The position numbers and the translations under genes are program-made. This document shows, piece by piece, positions 6,038 to 13,713 of a stretch of DNA of 40,847 nucleotides (position 1 is the first letter of the stretch; the number at the start of each line of letters is the position of its first letter). The stretch lies in NCBI GenBank assembly GCA_001563335.1, contig LRSL01000083.1:1-40847 (forward strand). The letters run 5' to 3'. The stretch is from Candidatus Thorarchaeota archaeon SMTZ1-45 (GTDB taxonomy: Archaea; Asgardarchaeota; Thorarchaeia; Thorarchaeales; Thorarchaeaceae). The notes below the pieces were generated by a model. It did not search any database. It saw only the letters and a program-made list of their open reading frames with translations, and was not told the DNA's origin.

Positions 6038-8461
6038 CTACTGGACGGCTTCCACTTTGGCTGATTCCATGCCAAAATCAGCGGGTTTTGTGCTCTTCCT
6101 TATTGCCCAGATAGTAATCATGGTCATTACCGCCAATGCAGCCAATAAGGCCAGATTGATAGTCATGTCAGCACCAAACTTGTACACTGTCAGCATTGGT
6201 GCTAGAATCAGGCTTAGAAGATTGACCACTTTGATCATTGGATTAAGAGCGGGACCAGCAGTGTCTTTGAGAGGATCACCTACAGTATCACCAACAACAC
6301 CACATTTGTGCCGCTCAGAGCCTTTGCCTGTATTATGCGCAACATCGCAAGGCTCGTCTTCAATGGACTTCTTTGCGTTATCCCATGCACCTCCTGCATT
6401 GGACATAAACACAGCTAGCAATTGGCCTGAAATGATGATACCACCAAGGAATCCACCTAAAGCAGCTTCTTGGAACAAGATGCCGACCATTATTGGAATA
6501 CTGACAGTAATAGCAGCTAGAGAGATGAGCTCTTTCTGAGCTGCAGTTGTTGAGATTCCAACAGCTCTGTCATAATCTGGTTTAACAGTGCCTTCAAGGA
6601 TTCCTGGAATCTTAAACTGGCGCCGGACTTCTTTGACCATCTCGCCAGCAGCTCTTGTTACAGCCTTCATGTTCAGAGCAGAGAAAAGCCATGGTAGTGC
6701 AGCTCCGAGAAGTACTCCTGAGAAGACCAAAGGATCGTCTATTCGAATACCAGTTTCTAGCAGTCCTGTGTATGCTGCATAGCTGTTGAACAGGCTAACT
6801 GCAGCTATAACCGCAGAAGCAATCGCTACTCCTTTGGTGATGGCTTTGGTTGTGTTACCAACTGCATCAAGCTCATGCATTGTCCTTTGGGACTCATGAT
6901 CAAAGTCTCCTGGTGAGAGCTCTCCAATACCAGCAGCGTTGTCACTGATAGGCCCATAGCTATCCATTGCTACATTGTTACCAGTGTGTGACAACATTCC
7001 AATACCAATCAAAGCAATACCGTATAGAGTCCAGACAGCTCCTGAGATATCAGCTACAAAGAATGGTGAAAGGGCAACAGCAATAGGGTGCAAGAACAGC
7101 GCAGCTGCAATTCCGAAGGTTGTCACAATCACAACGAGCGCAGCGACTGTCGACTCATAGCCTGCAACCAGACCAGACAGTATAAAGGTCGCAGTACCCG
7201 TATCTGCAGATTTTACTATTTCCTGAACTGGTGGTTTCTTTAGAGATGTAAAGTAGCTAGTTATGGGATTGAAGGAAACAGCCAGCATAACACCAACAGC
7301 TACCAATATTCCGAATCTAAGATCTCCAACATAGAACCAAGAGAGAAGCATTGTCAGTGTGATAGTAAATGCGCTTGAAGCCTCATATGAGAGGAACATC
7401 GCTTTTTCTGCATAAACAGCTCTCTTCCTAAGTAGTTTAGGCCAAACAGGAACCATAAATGTACCGATCATTGATGATATGACTCCAACAGCCCTGACAA
7501 AGAGTGGGAATACAACTAATGCGAATGCACCACCAGGTAGTAGTGAGGCATTATACGCAGGATCAAGATACAGCACAATGGCAAGAATCAGAGATGAAAC
7601 GATTGTCACTTCGTATGACTCGAAAATGTCCGCTGCCATTCCAGCGCAGTCACCAACATTATCGCCAACAAGGTCAGCAACAACAGCGGCGTTTCTAGGA
7701 TCATCCTCAGGTAGTCCATGTTCTACTTTTCCAACTAGGTCAGCACCAACATCGGCTGCTTTAGTATATATACCACCACCGACTCTCATAAAGAGAGCAA
7801 GTAATGTGCCACCAAGACCAAAACCTAGTAGTGCATCAGGCGCTGCAATACCATAAATGATGAAGATTGCAGTTCCACCAAGAAGACCAAGACCATCAGT
7901 CAACATGCCTGTAAAGGTACCACCACGATAGGAAATTGTCAATGCTCGGTTGTATCTATTTTCACCTTCACGTGTAGCTTGTGCAACTCGTATGTTTGAT
8001 TCAACAGCGATTCTCATCCCAAGTTGTCCTACAATGAGAGAGAAGCTTGCACCAAGAACAAAGGCAAGTGATCGACCAATACCAACCACTATCTGAATCT
8101 GTTGAAGAACTGCGAGAGCTGCTGGCTCTTGTGCAACAATCTGTTCTCTAGTAATACCCCAAAGGGCAAGAGTACCATCTTCAGGAATTGTTACATAAAC
8201 TGTGAAGAAAAGGGCACCTGAGAGCACTATCAGAATGGGTAGTATTGTTTTAAGCTGTCTACCAAGATACGATAATGCACCTTCTCTTATACCATTCCAG
8301 ACTGATTGCATTTGCTCTGTTCCCTTAGGGAGTGAAAGAACATCTCTTCGGAGCCACCAAGCATACACGAGACTGGCAAAAGCAGCTAGAACAACAGTTA
8401 GAATCATCAACTGCTCAAACCAATGCATTCCAGCAAATGTCTCGAATAATTGCATAATCAT
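6038..8461 (-). CDS. hppA: Membrane-bound H+-translocating pyrophosphatase, K+-independent type
   Basis: GGGIYTKAADVGADLVGKVE, DDPRN, DNVGD, DxYGPISDNA, GGAWDNAKK, GDTVGDPLKD; GNTTKAITKG (Lys) marks K+-independence; the start may be the second ATG at 8455. Confidence 0.95.
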   Translation of the reverse strand: MIMQLFETFAGMHWFEQLMILTVVLAAFASLVYAWWLRRDVLSLPKGTEQMQSVWNGIREGALSYLGRQLKTILPILIVLSGALFFTVYVTIPEDGTLALWGITREQIVAQEPAALAVLQQIQIVVGIGRSLAFVLGASFSLIVGQLGMRIAVESNIRVAQATREGENRYNRALTISYRGGTFTGMLTDGLGLLGGTAIFIIYGIAAPDALLGFGLGGTLLALFMRVGGGIYTKAADVGADLVGKVEHGLPEDDPRNAAVVADLVGDNVGDCAGMAADIFESYEVTIVSSLILAIVLYLDPAYNASLLPGGAFALVVFPLFVRAVGVISSMIGTFMVPVWPKLLRKRAVYAEKAMFLSYEASSAFTITLTMLLSWFYVGDLRFGILVAVGVMLAVSFNPITSYFTSLKKPPVQEIVKSADTGTATFILSGLVAGYESTVAALVVIVTTFGIAAALFLHPIAVALSPFFVADISGAVWTLYGIALIGIGMLSHTGNNVAMDSYGPISDNAAGIGELSPGDFDHESQRTMHELDAVGNTTKAITKGVAIASAVIAAVSLFNSYAAYTGLLETGIRIDDPLVFSGVLLGAALPWLFSALNMKAVTRAAGEMVKEVRRQFKIPGILEGTVKPDYDRAVGISTTAAQKELISLAAITVSIPIMVGILFQEAALGGFLGGIIISGQLLAVFMSNAGGAWDNAKKSIEDEPCDVAHNTGKGSERHKCGVVGDTVGDPLKDTAGPALNPMIKVVNLLSLILAPMLTVYKFGADMTINLALLAALAVMTMITIWAIRKSTKPADFGMESAKVEAVQ

Positions 8462-8471
8462 TTCACCACTT

Positions 8472-8524
8472 CAAGGGTCTCCAGCACTTCGAAGGGATGT
8501 TTGGCACCCTATCTGAAGCCCTTG
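8472..8524 (-). promoter_or_regulatory. Structured 5' leader of hppA
   Basis: Minus strand CAAGGGCTTCAG pairs with CTGGAG(A)CCCTTG (12 bp, one G-U); inner AGGGTG/CA(T)CCCT hairpin; lies between a CCTTAAAG box (~8555) and the GGTGA SD. Confidence 0.4.
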
Positions 8525-8658
8525 CCGTTTCGATTTCCGCAATGTTGGCCCCCTTTAAGGGTTACCTTACGACATAGTTTACGCAAGTACGGAGTTGCCT
8601 ATTTATTTTGAATAGCTTAAAATTCCTCAACCATCTTGAAGGAATAGTTAAGGGATAA

Positions 8659-9042
8659 TCAAGAAATCCCTAGCTTCTTTCGAGTTTCCACATTATCATC
8701 ATAAACTCGCCATTCTCCAACTAGACCATCACGAATTTTTGCAGTCCAAATAGCAGGGCCATCTAATGGCTCATAAGAGCATTCAGAGAATCCCGCCATT
8801 ATAACAAGTCCTTCTTTCACTTCGATGTGTGTGAAATTATTCCGGTAGTCAGGATAGTTTTTGAAAAAATCGAACCAACCAGAAACCATTAGCGAACGTC
8901 CTTCATGAACCTCTCCAGGTATATCGATGAAGACATGATCCTCAGTCATCATCTCACCAAGACCAGTTAAGTCTCGAGCATTAATTCTCTCATTGAACTT
9001 CAAAGCAGTTGAAATGAGCTCAGACTCCTCCACGCAAATCAC
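8659..9042 (-). CDS. NTF2/SnoaL-like protein
   Basis: FNERINARDL..MTEDHVFID..G..GR; AKIRDGLVGEWRVY. Confidence 0.85.
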   Translation of the reverse strand: MICVEESELISTALKFNERINARDLTGLGEMMTEDHVFIDIPGEVHEGRSLMVSGWFDFFKNYPDYRNNFTHIEVKEGLVIMAGFSECSYEPLDGPAIWTAKIRDGLVGEWRVYDDNVETRKKLGIS

Positions 9043-9100
9043 GCTCGAAATTAATTACGACCACAAACGCATTTAACATCTGCCAATTCACTTCGGAGAT

Positions 9101-10156
9101 ATGGTCGATTCAAAGGACATAGCAAAGGAATTGAAAACTCCAGTCTATTTCAATGAGGATGCTAACCTAAATATCTTGCAGGAACCGATTGCCATCATTG
9201 GATATGGCAACCAGGGAAGAGCTCAAGCCCTCAATCTCAAAGATAGTGGATTGGAGGTCCTAGTTGGTAATATCCATGATGAATATTGGGACATGGCAAA
9301 AGAAGATGGATTTGAGGTCCTTGAGATACAAGAGGCGGCCAAGAGAGCCAAAATTATTCTCTTTTTGATTCCAGACGAACTTCAACCATCCATCTTCGAA
9401 ACGCAGATCAAGCCCACTCTTGAGAGGGATAAGGTCCTATGCTTCGCATCGGGATACAACATCACGTTTGAAACAATCTCAGTATCCCAAGATTTTGACA
9501 CAATCTTAGTTGCGCCAAGAATGATAGGGAAAGGTGTGAGAGAGTCATATCTGAATGGCAGAGGGTTCTATTCCTTCATTGGAGTGCATAATGATGCATC
9601 AGGAAGAGCAAAGGATTTTGCACTTGCAATTGCTAAAGGTATTGGATCGACAAAACCAGGGGGTGCAATTCTTGAGGTCACCTTCCGACAAGAAGCAGAA
9701 CTTGATTTGTTCAATGAACAATGCTTCGGCCCTGCTTTTGGACAAGTTCTAACTTGTGCTGTTGATGTAGCCATTGAAGCAGGATATCCACCAGAGATTG
9801 TGCTTCTAGAACTCTATATGTCTGGTGAGTTTGCTTACACAGCAGAGATGATTGCAAAGATGGGCACGCTGAAGCAACTTGAGCTTCATTCTCCAACTAG
9901 TCAGTATGGGAGCATGTCAAGAGGAATTCGTTATGCAAGTCCTGAATTGAGAGAAGCGATGAAACAGTCACTACGTGAAATACAAGATGGAACGTTTGCC
10001 AAAGAATTTGCAGAGGAATACAAACTGGACTTGGAGATTCTCGATGACATGAAAGAAATGGCGAAGGACATTCCTATTGTTTATCTTGATAGCGCAGTGC
10101 GAGAGAAACTAAGATTTGCGGATGATTCGAGAGGGTATAACTCAAGGCATCTATGA
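9101..10156 (+). CDS. ilvC: Ketol-acid reductoisomerase (class I), divergent
   Basis: IAIIGYGNQGRAQALNLKDSG, LIPDE, VAPRMIGKGVRE, EAELDLFNEQ, SPTSQYG. Confidence 0.85.
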   Translation: MVDSKDIAKELKTPVYFNEDANLNILQEPIAIIGYGNQGRAQALNLKDSGLEVLVGNIHDEYWDMAKEDGFEVLEIQEAAKRAKIILFLIPDELQPSIFETQIKPTLERDKVLCFASGYNITFETISVSQDFDTILVAPRMIGKGVRESYLNGRGFYSFIGVHNDASGRAKDFALAIAKGIGSTKPGGAILEVTFRQEAELDLFNEQCFGPAFGQVLTCAVDVAIEAGYPPEIVLLELYMSGEFAYTAEMIAKMGTLKQLELHSPTSQYGSMSRGIRYASPELREAMKQSLREIQDGTFAKEFAEEYKLDLEILDDMKEMAKDIPIVYLDSAVREKLRFADDSRGYNSRHL

Positions 10157-10314
10157 CTAGATCAACTTGGGATTATGAGGCTATTGGCGGCATCGTTGGA
10201 TTTCTTTTGAATCGAGGTCTTGATCCTGTTTTCCACGCTTGTTTTCAACTTGAAATCTTCCTGAGTTTGGTTTTTGGTTTTCTCATTCTACTACTAATAT
10301 GGATTACAAAATGA
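10153..10314 (+). CDS. Putative 53-aa small membrane protein
   Basis: ATGA overlap with the ilvC stop; MTRSTWDYEAIGGIVGFLLNRGLDPVFHACFQLEIFLSLVFGFLILLLIWITK has a C-terminal TM helix. Confidence 0.3.
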   Translation: MTRSTWDYEAIGGIVGFLLNRGLDPVFHACFQLEIFLSLVFGFLILLLIWITK

Positions 10315-10647
10315 CTTCTCATGATAATTCTGAACAACATGTGTCAGAAAGGGCAAGTTACCTCGATTCCTGCCATACAAAATGAGGAGTAGAGGTAATA
10401 AGCATTCATTGAGTTTTAGATAGCTTGAAGACTTCGTTATGTTTCAATAGCTGATACGAAGGAAAGTACTCTTTTGAACAGGTTATGATAAAATTGATCC
10501 AATGTCGAAGATGCAAAAAGAAGATTAGAGGAGAACCAGTCCTTGTGGGAACTCCAGCTCGCCCTTACTGTAAGAGTTGTGCGAACAAAGTGATACCATA
10601 AACAAAGTCATGCGTTTCTCTCTCTTATACTGTGGAAAAATGAGGTG

Positions 10648-10724
10648 TGGTGGACCGAGCGAGATTTGAACTCGCGACCTTCTGGATGCAAACCAGACGA
10701 TCTGCCAGGCTGATCTATCGGCCC
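10648..10724 (-). tRNA. tRNA-Ala(UGC), intronless, CCA encoded
   Basis: GGGCCGATAGATCAGCCTGGCAGATCGTCTGGTTTGCATCCAGAAGGTCGCGAGTTCAAATCTCGCTCGGTCCACCA; cloverleaf, TGC anticodon, G3:U70 Ala identity pair. Confidence 0.97.
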
Positions 10725-10842
10725 ATGTCTAGCGAGAGAGTTTTCGAACGAATGTTTTAACCCTTACGCTCTCGACGTATTCCTACGTAAGGGGGAAGTA
10801 TATTATTCATAAAATCTTCATCTTCACCGCTAGGAAGGTGCA

Positions 10843-11454
10843 TTAACCTACAGTTTTATGATAGTCCTCGCGAAACACATCGAGCCAGAAAGGAGCACCT
10901 TTTAGCTTTGATGCTTCTTCTGAGCTTAGTTCCTCATACTTAACCTTAGACATGTCGTCGGGAATGATTCCACTAACACCTGCTGGGTCTTCAATAACTA
11001 GAGTGAATCGAAATTCCCCTTCAATTGCAAGATCCATCATTTTAAGAATCTCAACACCCTTCGCCTTCTCTTCAGGTTGCTCTGCAAAATCAATGGCAGT
11101 TTCTACAACAGACATTGTCCGTTGAAGAACACCTTCAACATTTGTTATGAAAGATTCAGCTGCAGGACCAGGTTCAACATCAATGCCAAACTCTGGAAGT
11201 CTGAATGTACCAGACCCTGAACGAACAACACGGGCTCGGAGAAGTTCAGGATTATCAACATGAAGTGTGAAACGAGCAGGTTTCCTCTGCTCTGCTGAAA
11301 AAACATCATTATGACTGAAGTTACATAATGGACATTGCATTGAGAACATAGCTAACTCATTGAAGAAAGGGATACTATACAGTAGAGATCGTACTCTGAG
11401 TTTTGCCTTATCACAGGAGGGACACATTAAACTAATCTCTTCATTCTGCGACAT
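10843..11454 (-). CDS. ZPR1 zinc finger protein (single-module archaeal type)
   Basis: CPSC..IPFFNE..CPLC, IEPGP-like VEPGP, ITNVEGVL, IEDPAG; ORF track start is 11463. Confidence 0.92.
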   Translation of the reverse strand: MSQNEEISLMCPSCDKAKLRVRSLLYSIPFFNELAMFSMQCPLCNFSHNDVFSAEQRKPARFTLHVDNPELLRARVVRSGSGTFRLPEFGIDVEPGPAAESFITNVEGVLQRTMSVVETAIDFAEQPEEKAKGVEILKMMDLAIEGEFRFTLVIEDPAGVSGIIPDDMSKVKYEELSSEEASKLKGAPFWLDVFREDYHKTVG

Positions 11455-11637
11455 GAAAATCACATCTGCTGGAGGACATTATCCTATAAGGGTGACCATC
11501 GGGGATAATAGCTATTTGCTGAATACATCACTAGAAATCTCAAAAGCATCCGTGTAAGTAATTCATACAGACACGCAATGTAGTATCAAAGACAAATAGG
11601 ACTTGGGCAGTTCTTATAGAAACGAGGAGTACACCCC

Positions 11638-12843
11638 ATGGAAATCAATAGTATATACATCATAAAACGTGATACAGGGGTGTGTCTATATCATAAGGAT
11701 TTCACAGAGTCAGCGTTTGACCCGCAGTTATTATCATCATTTCTTGTTGCTATGACATCTTTTTTTGATGAAGCAACACGCTCAGTGACATCACAAGCAC
11801 GAGCGTTCGAAGGCACTCACTATAAGATAATAGTTGAATTTGGTGAATGGACTCTTGGAGCGGTTTCAACTAAAGAAGATACAGCAGATACTAGGACTAA
11901 ACTGAGAAGATTGATTGAACGGTTTGAAGAGCAATTTAATGTTCTTAGATGGGTTGATATTGACCTTGCTGTTCACACTAGATTTGAGCAGAGTGTCATT
12001 GATGAGTTTGTGAGAAGCATCATACATTCTGATACAATCATAACAGTTCGTCCAGAATGGAAACACTACACAAAGAAGGCGGAAGTTATCTCCTTCCTAC
12101 GATTGATACCTTCAATCTGCTCAGTTAAAGAGGCAGCAGAGTTCCTTGAGATTCCTCTTGAAGTGGGACTTAATTTAGCTGCTGAAGCATTATGGGAAAA
12201 AGCAATCACAGTAGATAATCCCGTAAAACCTGATGATATCTATCAAGCAATGTCCATCACAGGAACAAATCCATTAACAGGACCTATATCTCCCGAAACA
12301 GTAAGAACACTCACAGAGTTTGATGGAGAAACCCCAATATCAATTGCAGCTGAACGTCTTAAGACAGCAGATCTCAAGAGATTTCTCGATGATGTAGCCC
12401 TTCTTGAGAAGAGAAAAATGATTGAACTCGTATCGCCAGCGCATTCAGTGGCAATACGATACACATCAGCACTTCAGTCACTATTGAAGAATTGTGCGAA
12501 TATTATTGGTCTGAGTGTTATGAGGAGCGTTTTTTTGGCATCAAAGCAACAACTAGTGGCTAATTATCCTTGGCTTGCATTTGTCAGCTTAGAGGAAGGT
12601 GTTGATATTGAACTTAGGAGTTCCCTAACAGCTGCGACAATAAGGGGTACAATAAGTCCGGATGTAATCAATGATGGGTTTAGGGTTCTGCTGCAATTTG
12701 TCACAAAGAAAGTCAAAGATCTTCTGGGTTCAAATCCAATCAATAGAATAGTGACCAACACAAGAAGAGAGATACAAAATCATTTCCCAAGTACAGCTTA
12801 TGAAATAGAATGGGAGTATCTAACAGCCTTAAAATCATCGTAA
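11638..12843 (+). CDS. Longin-domain protein with winged-helix repeats (NPRL2/3-like architecture)
   Basis: N-terminal SIYIIKRDTGVCLY...DPQLLSSFLVAMTSF longin pattern; later FDGETPISIAAERL-type wHTH segments; GAGGAG SD. Confidence 0.7.
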   Translation: MEINSIYIIKRDTGVCLYHKDFTESAFDPQLLSSFLVAMTSFFDEATRSVTSQARAFEGTHYKIIVEFGEWTLGAVSTKEDTADTRTKLRRLIERFEEQFNVLRWVDIDLAVHTRFEQSVIDEFVRSIIHSDTIITVRPEWKHYTKKAEVISFLRLIPSICSVKEAAEFLEIPLEVGLNLAAEALWEKAITVDNPVKPDDIYQAMSITGTNPLTGPISPETVRTLTEFDGETPISIAAERLKTADLKRFLDDVALLEKRKMIELVSPAHSVAIRYTSALQSLLKNCANIIGLSVMRSVFLASKQQLVANYPWLAFVSLEEGVDIELRSSLTAATIRGTISPDVINDGFRVLLQFVTKKVKDLLGSNPINRIVTNTRREIQNHFPSTAYEIEWEYLTALKSS

Positions 12844-12904
12844 CAATATACAAAACAGGATTGAGAAACTCAATGAATATAGTGCATCAGGAGTAAGAAT
12901 CAGA

Positions 12905-13699
12905 TTGGCAAGGTGGATTTATGCAGCATTTGTCATTTTGTTGGGAATATTCATCCTTGTTGTTTCCGGAATTCTCGTAATGGTTGGTTTTGATGCACTT
13001 GTTTTCTCTGCAGCAAGTATCATCGCACCTATGGTTGCTCTTAGTATTGGAATAATGGGAATAAGCTTCTTTGGTCGGGAATCATTTCTGAAAGAGGACC
13101 GATTCCATACCCTAAACGTATGGATTGCATTTGGTTTGATTTTCTTTTGTCTAGCAGATATTACAGCGATTTTGGTATACATGAACGAAAATTCCGCACA
13201 AATCTGTTTCACAATAGGCCTTGTCCAGATACCTGGGTTACTCCTGTGGGCATTGGGAATAGTTGGATATCTTAAGTCCCTTAACTCATCATTGAAATTG
13301 ACTGAAGGAACTCAACTCTGGCTAGCTCTAGGAGTCATTACTACACTAACATCACTTTCACTTGTTGTAATTTTCGCGATATTATTTCCTTCAAGAAATC
13401 TACTATCAACCATAGTATCTGTACCAATAATCGTCGTTCTGGGGCTTATCCTTTGCATCATCTCTGGAACTTTATGGATTTTCAGAGATGGTTATCTTGC
13501 AAGACCGCTTCTCTTGCTATTTTTTGGAGTCGCGCTTCTCTTTATGCGTAGTGTGATCTGGCAAGTTGAAGATTATTGCAGTGGAAGTTCATTCAGCCAA
13601 ATAACAGCAATCGAGTCATATCTTCTCGTAGGAGCATCCTTTCTCATTGCAAGCAAACTGAATATCATCTTCGAATCCAGCGAAGGAGCAATGAGGTGA
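12905..13699 (+). CDS. Polytopic membrane protein (~8 TM), sensor-like
   Basis: About eight hydrophobic segments; W..FGL..F..AD pattern as in membrane sensor domains; AGGAG SD. Confidence 0.75.
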   Translation: MARWIYAAFVILLGIFILVVSGILVMVGFDALVFSAASIIAPMVALSIGIMGISFFGRESFLKEDRFHTLNVWIAFGLIFFCLADITAILVYMNENSAQICFTIGLVQIPGLLLWALGIVGYLKSLNSSLKLTEGTQLWLALGVITTLTSLSLVVIFAILFPSRNLLSTIVSVPIIVVLGLILCIISGTLWIFRDGYLARPLLLLFFGVALLFMRSVIWQVEDYCSGSSFSQITAIESYLLVGASFLIASKLNIIFESSEGAMR

Positions 13700-13713
13700 T
13701 CACCTCTTCTCGC

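Noticed and set aside
6015-8516. Several + strand ORFs antisense to hppA, and similar shadow ORFs across the ABC, finger-array, M28 and POR genes
   Set aside because: They lie on the opposite strand or an alternative frame of well-supported genes and have no motifs of their own
10160-10650. Integrated element at the tRNA-Ala 3' end
   Set aside because: No integrase and no direct repeat of the tRNA 3' end found in the window; GGTCCAC at 2439 is only 7 bp and inverted
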